Below, in pieces: positions 26,775-38,698 of a DNA stretch of 64,000 bases. The stretch covers positions 15,176,795 to 15,240,794 of the forward strand of contig NC_092670.1 of assembly GCF_964355755.1 (NCBI RefSeq), written 5' to 3'. Below the pieces are notes generated by a model. That model worked only from the letters and a program-made list of their open reading frames with translations, was not told the DNA's origin and did no database searches. The stretch comes from Antedon mediterranea. Taxonomy: Eukaryota; Animalia; Echinodermata. The translations under genes were made by a program, and so were the position numbers. Each line of letters begins with the position of its first letter. Position 1 is the first letter of the stretch.

Positions 26775-29700
26775 TTATTTCATGACATCATCGTCTACTT
26801 GCACTTCCAAGAAAGCCTGGGTCACCACATCAGTGGCACTTCTCTTTCTTCGTCGTACGGCGGCCGAATTACAACTTTGCTGAGAGTTTAAAATCTTGCA
26901 ATGCGATTGGTTGTTTTTTGGATTGCATGTTACAAATGAACACGTTACCCACACCTAATAATAATAAATATAACTTAATGAGGAGTCTATCCATGACAGT
27001 GGCTGCTGTATGAGGTAACCCTCTACTCGTCTCGAAAAATGTACTGGATTGGATGAAGTGCACATGAGCTAGATGTGTAGGCCTACACTGGGCCTACGAT
27101 TTATATAGTCCTTATCCGAGAAGACTCGTTCTACCACCAGAATCATAGAGCGGGTGAGCATCGAACTTAATTGCCATAACTTGGCTGGACTACGGTTCCA
27201 CTGTCTCAAACGCGCAGACAAACACTCACTCACTTTTTTTTAAAGTTTATTTTTGTAGGCCTATGTTATTTTAATGTTAAATTTAATTTACTTAATAAAA
27301 CTAAACAGGGTCTAAATCTTGATTTCAGAAATTTCACACTCTAACTAAAACTTGGTATAAAACTGATTCTGGGTCATGTTTGTCCACCTTTTAAAAATGT
27401 TTACTTACTGCGTCTTTCAAGCCATGGTTAATCATTGCAAATGTCTTGATAGAAAATTCTCTCCGAGCAGCAAACCCAAACCCATGAAAAATGATGGTAT
27501 CATCCACTGGACAACTATATCAACACAAAACAAGAGAGAACAACTGTGAACCACTAACAAATACACACAAAAGAAAACAATGAAACAGAAACAAAATCAA
27601 GAGTTGATTGAATTGTAAATTGTTATTGGCCATGTAGCCTAATAATTTATAGAAATCTCATTACATTTCCGCCTTTTAAAATCAATTTAAGTTTTGCTTT
27701 TTTTTTTTAATTTTGACAGCCATGTCTGAATCTGTTTTAAATAAGCTTGAAGGAGTATTAATATATTTATATCCTTTTTGTAAATTGATTGACAGTATGC
27801 CACGCTAGCATATTTATTCAATGGTGCTAAATCTACAGTAATACAGTATATAAATAAAAATGTAATTTTCATTATTCTCCTTCTAGTATTTTTGTACCAT
27901 TCCACGAACATAAACATTCATTATTTGTTTTATATAACATCTAAATAGATTCCGGTCATTTGAATCAGATTGAATAATAGGCCTACATTTGATTCTTGGG
28001 TCTAACTTAGTACGGTATCTCTTTAAAAATTCCGTCGCGATACGACGAGAGTGCACTGTTTTTGTATTGTTTAAAAATAGGCGGCGCTGTTGGATTTTAC
28101 GTTCAGAATCACTGTTATGGTCTTTCCCATTTTTTTTCGTACGTGAAAAGTACTATTTAACAATCGTTGAATAGTGCGCACTATTTGCATGCCATGTGAC
28201 CCACAATCGAAATTTAGTTAAGTTTTATATAATATCAAATACCTGTACTGTATCAAATAAACCATGTCACACACATATGTGTGTATGTATACGGTAGGCC
28301 TATGTATATATGATTTATTAATATTATGTTAAAGAGAAAAAAAATTATGTTATAAAATGTATATATCTGGTTACTTAATTAAAACAATTACATTCAGTTA
28401 CTAGATTGGTTACAGCATTTACCAAATTAATAATTGATTAATAATTAATAATTAATTATTATTTACTTTAAAAAAATGGAATTAATAATTTATACTTTTT
28501 AATATTGTTTGATCATTGTAAGTTACTTTATTTAAACGTTCATATTTCTTTGATATCTATTACTTTATGTGATTTTGTGTTATGGTTGTATTTTTTTAAA
28601 TGAATTAAAAAAAATAATAATAAAAAAAAAAATAAACCATGTCACACACGGCTTTGATTTTACTCTAAACCTATTTATGTAATTTGTCTATGAATATGTA
28701 AGAGGATGTCTTACCCATCTACGATAAATTCAAACTTCTTATCAAATTTGGTACAAGATTTATACTTTGGCGTTGCACTGCAGCTCTCAATTGCAACCTC
28801 TTTACCACTGTCATGTGCTCTGGCGGCAAAATACAAAGTATCGTTAAAATCCATCTCCTTCTCTGTGCCGTATTCTACCTTGTCTTCATAGCGTCTGTCT
28901 TCGTAGAGAGCTCCAGCACAGCTTCCAATCGTGTCTTTGATTCGACCTTACTGGATTCTAACGATGTGTCTGGACTAAAGTAAACGTTGGCAATCCCAAC
29001 CCCTTCGACCTCACAGATAATTTTGATGTTCACCTTCCGTTTTTTGCGGGTTATCAGTTTACTTGTTTGATAAGGTTCTGGATCATCTCTCAAGATGTTG
29101 ATAAATCGAGTGATATCTGACGATTTTTTCTGTAAAAACATATTTTATGTTATTTGATAATATTGTTACTGATTGCAATAGTTATTATTCTGTTCATACA
29201 TGAGAGTGCACAATGTGCAGCCTATCACACTATGTTGTGGCAACAACTAACCTAAAAAACATTAACTGCAATTACTTTGCTTTTAGGACTTGTCTAGTCT
29301 GTGAATTAAATCCTTGCTTTCCGTCACTCTTATTGCCGTTTTTTTTGGTTTGAATATAAATGTCAAAAATAATATCCGAATTAGGTATTTAGAGTAAACA
29401 AATTCCCACTATAGAACCTTTGCTTGTCCCAATGCGCCTTATCAATTCGGTCATACGGTACAATTTTTGGAAAATGGTTGCATTAGCCTATCAACATGGA
29501 AGTGCTATAAGGCTGCTCTAAGAAAACATTTACCTTGATGTAAGTTCCACAGGAATCATAGGCAAACTTAATGATTAGATGCGTTCCATTATCAATACTC
29601 TTACACCGTCGGTCTATCAAATGTAGCTCATTCACCGACTTGTCATTGGCATACGACTTTGGAACAGACGCAGTGATCTCTGACTGACCACAGTCAACCG

Positions 29701-32700
29701 TTGGAGGATTTGCTTTAAACAAAAGATAACACTGTACAATAATACAGTTCTGTCTACACTATCAAACTTAATGAGACAATAAAGTGATATGGACGCAATG
29801 ACGTCATAATAGGGAGGTTTCGCAACCTTACGAATACGATAACGAAAACGGATACGTCACGCACACGTATTCGTTTTCGCATGCCAACGAAATATTGAGG
29901 GGCGTCCAAAATATGACTGCGGTAAATTTGAGCGAAGCGCAGGTACGTGTTGCTTGGTGCTTGGCTGCCTAGGCCTAGCGTAGCATCAAAGCGAGTGAAG
30001 ACTTTAAAAACTGCTATTTATCAAAATTGACTTGGCATTTTAGTAAATTACTTTAGTAAATTACTTTCAATAAATCTATAATTATATTATAATCATGAAT
30101 CATTCCTGATTCAAATGCAAAATGTGCAAATAGATCAAAACCTATACTCGTTTTGTGGTTACGAATATGACTGGTGATATTCGTCAACACGAATACGCTT
30201 TACGAATATGAAATGGGGATCAGCTCAAAAGTTTCACAAATGTATGACGTATCCGTTTTCGTTATCGTATGGTTGCGAAACCTCCCTATTACTACCACTT
30301 TCTTTTAAACTAAATATAATTATATTAAATTCAGTAAACTAAAGACTGCGGAATTAAGGCATGATTGTACTTTCAAATTAAGATTAACCTATCACAGGAT
30401 CGATGGCTATTTATGACAATTTATTATGCCACTCATAGTTTTTAATATCTTTATTTAAGTTTTCGATATTTAATAGGGAGGTTTCGCAACCTTACGAATA
30501 CGATAACGAAAACGGATACGTCACACATTTGTGAAACTTTTGAGCTGATCCCCATTTCATATTTGTAAAGCGTATTCGTGTTGACGAATATCACCAGTCA
30601 TATTCGTAACTACAAAACGAGTAGGCCTATAGTTTTTGATCTATTTTGCACATTTTGCATTTGAATCATGAATGATTCATGATTATAATATAATTATAGG
30701 CCTACTTTTATTGAAAGTAATTTACTAAAGTAATTTACTAAAATTCCAGGTATAAATAGCAGTTTTTAAAGTCCTCACTCGCTTTGGTGTTACGCTAGGC
30801 CTAGGCAGCCAAGCACCAAGCAACACGTACCTGCGCTTCGCTCAAATTTACCGCAGTCATATTTTGGACGGCGTCCTCAATATTTCGTTGCCATGCGAAA
30901 CAGATTTTTACTGGCTTACGAAAAACGAATACGTGTGCGTGACGTATCCGTTTTCGTTATCGTATTCGTACCGTAAGATTGCGAAAACTCTATTACCGAT
31001 GAATCAACAGGCGAATAAGTGACATACAAGGTCGTTATGTTGATATAGACAGTCTCAAAGTTTCAATTTGGTTTTTATCCATAACTAATTAGATAATTTT
31101 CATTAGAATATCAAAATGATGTGTACCATGGTAACTTTCGTACCAAACTTAATCATACATTTGTAATATTTACAATACTTACAAACATTAAAGCCAATTT
31201 TTGATGGATCTGACGTGGTTTCAGCAGTACCATGACAAAATGCGGAGTAATTGGTGACTGAAAAACCTCCATCTATATCTATAACATAACGGTTTCCAGC
31301 TTTTATGTCTTTTGGCGCTTTATATCGAAGTTTTGTAGGATCGTCGGAAAGAAATTCTACTTCATCCGAATTGGCAGCGTCATAGCTGATTAATTGTTGG
31401 TTATCCGTTAAATCAAGTACGCGAATGTATACAGGTTTTTCTGGTCTTGAAACCTTAAATAATAGTGGTAAACGAAAATGTAATATGGTTACATATATAA
31501 AGGATTACTCAATGTATTTATTGTTCTAGTTATTTAACCAAATACTATCTCTTTTTCCACTTACTAACTAAGCGCGTTATTGCCGGTACTGTATGAATTT
31601 AAAAAAAGTGGAATAATAGTGTATGAGGTTACATTACCGGTTTATCGAACTTAATGAACCAGTATTTTACTGTTTCCTTCAATAGGCTATTGGTAGCTGG
31701 GTACGATTCGGCATCTAAAACATTTGGAATCGGTGGTTTTCGAACGGATTTGTCATCTACAAAAAAAAAGATATAAATAGTGTGATGGTAAGTAAGTAAG
31801 TAATATTTATTGCTTTCCAAGAACAGTACAAATTTATAAAACAGTATAATGTAAATGATATAAAAAGAGAAAACATTAAATATAATAATACAAGACTAAA
31901 CTGGAAAATAAGCATTGAAAGCAGGGGATGGCCCTTTAAGCCCAGAGGCTTGTTTCCAAAGGGGTCCCCAAATGGCGCTAGTTAATATTATGCATTATTA
32001 AAGAATGATTACTATACAGTATAAAATACGGTATTACGGCGTAGACGCGATTATCACGCTTCATTTGTTGGTAGAGTGTATACGTGAACATAATGCCATA
32101 CCCATGTGTTGCATTTTGTAACAGTGTCATCGTAGTTGAAGACAATATGAAATCGGGAATTGCCGTCTGAGAACCTGATGTGTCATTGCTTTCGATTTGT
32201 GAACATTCGCCTAATGGAATAGAGGCTTGAATGCAAAATTATTGTAATAACAATTCTTTACCTGTAACTAACACTTTTCCAGCGACAGACTCTCCTTGCA
32301 ATCTTTAGGGAAAAAAAAAAGTTAAATCAGGTATTTGCCAGAGCCATAGCCAATGTGGTATAAACTTTATATTATGTAGTATTTATTTTATCGCCACACT
32401 TCAAGCTGTAACACAAGCTTCATAGAACTTTTAAACATATGTGCTTGAAATGTAAGTTGATCGAATTTAACCTATAAGTTATTTTATACCGATAAAAATT
32501 GGTACAAAGAAATATTTTTCATACCCAAAATCGTCAGTAGCAGTTATAGTGTATTCATATATTCCAAGTTTATTGGTTTGAAATGAAAGAGTGCTCTGAA
32601 CAAATCTACCTGGCGGAGGAATATCTTCAGTGTGTGACATGCCTTTTGGTAAAATATACGTCATCTCTTCAACTCTGTATAAAACAACAACAAATAATTG

Positions 32701-35700
32701 TATTCGATGATATAACAAAGGAATTATTTTATTGTCCAAATTATTACGAAATTTTGAATTTTGTTCTTGTGTTTAAAAGAGAAACAACGAGGTTACAGTA
32801 TTTTATTGGGAAGATTCCAGAAACTGCAATACTTAAAATAGAATAGGAATACGGCTGTAGATAAAAATCGAGAAAAATGACACACTGATTTCCATCCGAT
32901 TCTTCTGGTAGATTCGCAGAAACGGTATTCTTCCATTTTCCACCTGGTCGAATAATGGAACATTCCTCTTCTAACGTCACTTGTGGTCCAGTACAACTTC
33001 CGGCTAAAAATAACCATATATATTGTTTTGTAGATTAGATAAATTATATAATTCTCTTTTAGTTAAAGACAATGTTCTAGATATGTTTTCATATTTAAGT
33101 TTACTATAAAGTTAAATGCTACTTTGTATTGATTTTTGAATAAGATTTAAAAATATAAATAAAATAACTGTCGTTACGGACGGATGTTGTTATGGTTATA
33201 TAACCATTTTTCTGGTCTCATAAACCTTTCTATTTTATACAACTTTCATTGACGATTCGTAAGCAGAACTATTTTTCAAGTTAAGTTTCTCTTCTGTACT
33301 TTCAGCAGACAAACATCGAAACGCCGACTGGTTGACTATAACATAAAAAAAGACTAGACTACTGTACAAGTCTAGTTTCCGTATTGGGAGAGTTAATTGT
33401 ACTATACTAACGTTCAGTAAGTTGAATAAGAAACTGGTACGGCACTTTACTCTTGGGTGTTGTTGAACCCTCGTCGTCGAAATCTTCAACCATTACGGAT
33501 ACGCCATAGTAATTTCCCGCAGGGTGATAAACGTATTCTCCCTTTGTTTGAAATTTTACTAAGCACTTTTTCTAAAATGAAATAAATTTATTTTAAAGAC
33601 AATATTTTCACCCTGAAAAAATAATTGTTACAGTGTTTTTGTTGAATACCATTTAAATGGCAAATAATAGTTATTCACTTTGACCAGAAAAAAAAACCAA
33701 AAATATAATAAAGATTTTTTCTTCTAAAGAAGTGATTAACTTTATTGAAACTGTGAACTGCTTATTCAAAGTTGTTTTTGTGTTGTTAATCTTAATTTTT
33801 CAAGTTTTCGGGGAACAATACATCTTTAAGGGATTACATATGCAGTGATTGAAACAATGCGAACTCTTTTGGAAAAATGTAATCGAATTTATAATAGAAA
33901 TCGTGAATTGATGGTCAGTCAAAATTTTTTCCCACAAAAATGAAAATGAGGATTAGCAAAATCAAACTTTGTAGTTTAAAGAAAGTCAATTAAAGTAGAA
34001 AAAAAAACCACAAATATTTCTCTTATAAAAATACAAAATAAACGGTTAGATTTAACAAAAAAAATCATTTAGGTTAGACCTACTGCGCATGTAGAAGAGA
34101 ATTTATGCCTACCTCATAAATGGTTGCATTAATTGGATCTTTACTTGGGTCACCACAGACACGGAGTGTATTAGTATCACCTGGGCATTCATGTTTATTT
34201 GGATCAGCCCAGCGACATCTGACTATATCACCGTCGGGATCACTTGCTGAACAAGAAACACAAAATGTAACATTAGGCCTACTAGTATGCCTACGATAGG
34301 ATACAACGTAAAACTGAATGAATTTCATTGATAGAACTTCATTATTCATCTCGTATTTATTCTCTTGCATATTTCAACAAGTTCAGTTGATTCTAAATTC
34401 AAAAAGTTTTAAATATGAATGGTAGCATTTTAATTGGTGATATTGGTTAATTGGAACATGGAGGTATAATTGGAAGTACATCTACCACAGTGAGATGATT
34501 AGTTTCAAAGAGTGGCGCCGTGAATGTATCAAATAAAGCCCGTTTTCCTGTCGACGTTATTCGATGCTATCGTTACAATAATCGGCAATCTTCTACGTAA
34601 ACATTGAAATGTTAACGATTTACAGGAAAAGGTACTCACTATCGTTATCATTTCAATTTTATCGTTTTCAAACGATCGTCTTGAACTGTTAACGATCAAC
34701 GACGATAGCGTCGAATAACGTCGACAGGAAAACAGGCTTAAGATGTCTAATGTAGACCTACCCATCATCTATTAACAATTTAATTGGTCAGTAAACGCTG
34801 AACTGGTTAGTTATTGCTACAAACAAAGAGCGTTTAATATAATTGTTATGATTTTTACCTTTCAGGTCAATTAACAGTTCACATCCTTGTCGTACACGAT
34901 AGAGTGGAAGTCCAGCCGTTACGCGGGGAGAGTTATTGTCAATAGATAGGTCCACATGGCTCAGTAAATTCCAACATCTTCCAGGATCGAAATTTTGCAG
35001 ATATAGCCAACTACTGTCTGTACATGACCCTTCGGTTTCATAGCTGAATAAAATTAGATATTACGTCTCTGCCACTGATGGTAAAAGACTACATTATTGA
35101 TTTTAGGGCCGCAAAAGCTATTCCATCACGGTAGCTTTCCACGCAAAACCTTTCAAACAAGTGCTACCACTCGATTTCCTGACCCAAAATTCAAACCAAA
35201 CCTATTAAATGTATTGTTCTGTTTTTAGTACAATGTATAATGAGTATATAGGCTAATTACAGAAAAATAAATCAAAATATTTATAAACTTACCTCATTGT
35301 AAATTCACTACTTTTCACCTTATACTTATAAGAACCTTTAAACAGATTCCAATCATTTTCTGAGCTGGTAGCAATACAGGTTAATGGAAGGCGTTTTATA
35401 ATTTCTTGATCATAAACGGAACACGTCTTGCATTTTAACATGTTCGAATCTTCGGCCAGAATCTGGGATCCCACGAATTCACAAGGGTAGGTCCCTTCAC
35501 TCTTTTTAAACGACAAACGCCAGAAAAATTCAACCTAACATTTTAAAAAATGATTAAGTTTGGAATACAATCATTAACAATACAATGTGAGTTTCAAATT
35601 TAAAACATTAGGAGTCAAGTGGGGGTACACCAACCATGCACTTTGTGCAGTGTTCATCCATTACAATGCATATATTCTTATTCATATTTTTTATACTGTT

Positions 35701-35933
35701 CTGGTCGTAACATTTACAATAATCTACAGTATTATCATAAATTAAAATTTAAGTAATAACGTTTTAGTTATCATTATGTGCCTACCTTTCGGTAAAATAT
35801 AAACAAATAATTGGTGCAGGCCTACCTTCTTGTTGTTTATTTTCTCCCAGTAGAATGTTCCTCCGCGGTAATGAACTGCTTGCGCCGACTGAGAAAGTGC
35901 ACATACTAACACCAGTAAACCCACCAATTGCAT
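26775..35933 (-). CDS. ZP-module protein paralog A (801 aa if repaired); carries a 2-bp frameshift in exon 12, so null allele, truncated product or sequence error
   Basis: Coding exons 35933-35826, 35534-35293, 35043-34859, 34246-34113, 33571-33412, 33003-32886, 32674-32525, 32302-32262, 31756-31638, 31453-31183, 29712-29534, 29129-28715, 27514-27409, 26954-26775. Signal peptide, HYRGGTFYWE, NNSP, DPDGDIVRCRW, ZP-N (VDC..RC..DSCGT..IIC), ZP-C (ESC..DGCPVD..FSIKTF..VTC), RRRKR furin site, stop without TM. AGAGAG at 28905-28910 versus AGAG in paralog B shifts the frame to a TAG at 28875-28877. Confidence 0.88.
29811..30287. mobile_element. MITE (AGGGAGGTTTCGCAACC TIR; PIF/Harbinger-ISL2EU-like), copy 1
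   Basis: TIRs AGGGAGGTTTCGCAACC..ATACGATAACGAAAACGGATACGTCA at both ends, flanked by AT; inserted into an older GTCTACACTATCAAACT-family MITE. Confidence 0.8.
30475..30991. mobile_element. Same MITE family, copy 2, inverted relative to copy 1
   Basis: Internal sequence is the reverse complement of 29811-30287 (e.g. GGGGATCAGCTCAAAAGTTTCACAAATG vs CATTTGTGAAACTTTTGAGCTGATCCCC). Confidence 0.8.
33597..33825. mobile_element. Kolobok-like MITE (TTAA target, AG..CT termini)
   Basis: TTAA|AGACAATATT...ACAATACATCT|TTAA; related copies at 8792-9133 and ~6360-6625. Confidence 0.6.
34537..34738. mobile_element. Harbinger-type MITE
   Basis: TIR AGCC(C/T)GTTTTCCTGTCGACGTTATTCGA at both ends, TAA target duplication. 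Confidence 0.8.
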
Positions 35934-36180
35934 GGTGAATCAAAACTACAGCCTACAATACATATAAACAAAACATGAATAAATATCAATATCATTAAAA
36001 AAAAAATTATACTAATATTATTAAATACAAATGTATTCAACAAGATTTGGTTCAGATTTGGTTCCTAGTTTCATATAATAAAAATAAAATTAACCATTCA
36101 ATATCATTATAAACTGATTTAATTAAGCATTGTAGTAGCTGGTCCTACTTTCAACATTTTCAGTTAAAATAAAAAAATAC

Positions 36181-36575
36181 CTTTTAATTATGTAGACACA
36201 AAACTATTGTTGTCGATAACTGTAGGCCTACACTGTAAATTTGAAACCTAGGCCTGCCGCTAGAGGTGCAATCAAAATGAATAATCTCTTCATTGTCCTT
36301 TTATATTGTATAAAATCTGTGTAAACGATGTTTCCAAACCTCCATGGTATTAAACAATAATACATTGAGTATTAAATTAATTTTCCAATTCTCGTTGATA
36401 TTGATTTACATTGAAAACAAGACGATAATTGCAACAATATTGTTTAAAAATAATCAACCAATTATTTATCAATTCTAATGCGTTTTTAAATCCAAATTAA
36501 ATGAAATTTGATACGTCATTTGTATATCACTTATCAGCGTTCCGTATGTTTAGGTCTTTAATTTCAATCAAATAT
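36181..36575 (-). promoter_or_regulatory. Putative promoter and non-coding first exon of ZP paralog A
   Basis: TATAAAA at 36305-36299, Inr-like TCATT about 27 nt downstream, splice donor AG|GTATTT at 36181/36180; upstream block 36495-36573 is conserved with 46835-46913. Confidence 0.55.
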
Positions 36576-38698
36576 AAAATAACATAAACATGGAAAGTCT
36601 TGGTTTATGCAAAACCAGCTGCCAAAACGTATACACATCGATTCAAGTGTAATTATTACCGCTTGCCGCATTAAATATAGCTTGAACCATGTAAACAGAC
36701 ACGTGGCTCTCATAACGGATATTCATACAAACGCCCGTTTGTTCTTCCATTGGTGGACTTGGGACCACTTTTAAGCGCACCAATCAACCACACCAACCGT
36801 TAGAGGATATTACGCTCTGTATCAAACTTTATGTGACAACAAAATGTGGGAATAAGGACACGATGACTTTACAACATGTGGGCGCATCACACTAGCTTGA
36901 TAGTGTAGACAGAACTTTAGGGCACCTTTTTAACTTACAATAATATTGTAAGTTAAACATTGTAGAAAGTGTGTATAAACTTACATATTATGAAAGTTTA
37001 TACACAATTTCTACAATTTTACTGAACCAAAAGATAATCTTAAATAATTTAATGAGATATAAATAAATTTACAATGGCTTGAAATTTTAATTCGTTTAGA
37101 AGGTCTCGAATATCATTCAACGTTTAAAAAAAATTGCATATATGGGGTTGAAGAAAATAAAATTAGATCGTAACAGAACACAGTTTATTTGGTTACAAAA
37201 TAATCAAGTTACATATTGTTTTTAGGTTTCATCTTGGCTGTTTTCAGTTTGAATAAGCTTACATTATTTGTAATCTTTTATTTAACTTACTTTATTAATA
37301 TTTAACGGGTCACACAGAATTAATCTTAATTCTAATCAAATTACCCACTCCCACCCTCTTTTTAAAAATTTATATTTTATTTCAAAACATGTACATAAAA
37401 AAAACAATAGTTCAAAGATAATAGAAACAAAATCACGAATTCCTACCTATCTACACCAATACCTACGCCTATATTTATTCCGTTGAACTCTGACTATTTA
37501 GTAGGATACATTAACAATTGGAAGTTTGTTACTACCTACCTCATAATGTTTTATAAGTATGTACTTGAAAACAGTATTCCGTAGTTCTGTCTTTCCTCTG
37601 TCATAGCAACAGGAATATCAAAATCACTGAAGAAATAATAAGTTTCCATAAAAATGGCGTCGATTAAATGTACAAACCAAACGCGTTTGAAATCAAATTC
37701 AAACTGATGGTTTATATTATCACTCCGGCACAAACCAAACCAAACCAACTCTCGTATGACAATGTGATTATTTTTACTGTATTCCTAAATGGAATAGTTT
37801 GGTTAGAGATTTAACCATCGTATATGAAGAAAAGAGTTAAATTAATTTAACTCTTCCCTGGTATATGAATCCAATTGGTTAAATGTATAGCCTACTCTGC
37901 CTTTTTACTTGTGTGTGAAGAATTACAGTAACCGATGGGATTTTGACCTACGGCCTCACTGGCCACTTCTTTGAGTTGAGATAATAAATGAAAGAACACA
38001 GAAGGTTTGCAATCATGCCACAAAAGTAATGATTTATTCTATAACTTCTGTAATACTACATAACATGACAATCACAATACTATTAAGAACTCAGGTCTAT
38101 ACTATCGTCTCAACTAACCACACTGGCTAGTAAACTCCAACCGCGACAGCTGACATGGCATTTTATGCAAATTATTACATGCCTCTCATGGTTTATAATT
38201 GGATTGAAGTTTGTTAGTTTGATAGTGTAGAAAGAGCTTAAGACTATGATTTAGCACTGCATTTTCGTCAATAAATCTACTTCTATATCTAGCAGATTGC
38301 TGTAGTAGTAGTAATAGGCCTACGCACTTAGTTGACATAATTCAACATTTGGCTTGGATGGTTAGAGCCAAAACAAGGTTTGAATTTTCAACGTATTTCG
38401 TTCGAGTTTGTTTTGTTTTCAGTCTTAAAATATAACGTAAAAGCATACAAAATACAATAATAAACTGAAAGCTTTTATACTTGGTAGAGTTCTACCAATT
38501 CTATACTTATATATTATTTAAATTAGATATTTTGTAAGAATAATGATAGTATTAACATCAAAAAATTGTAAAATATTTCCAAACAACATCGTGTCATGAG
38601 TAAACATTTTTCAATAATTTTCATTACATTATACATTAAAAGTAAATAAACAATTTTAAAGTTTAAGTTTCGATAAATAACTGATTATCTTCCGCGGC

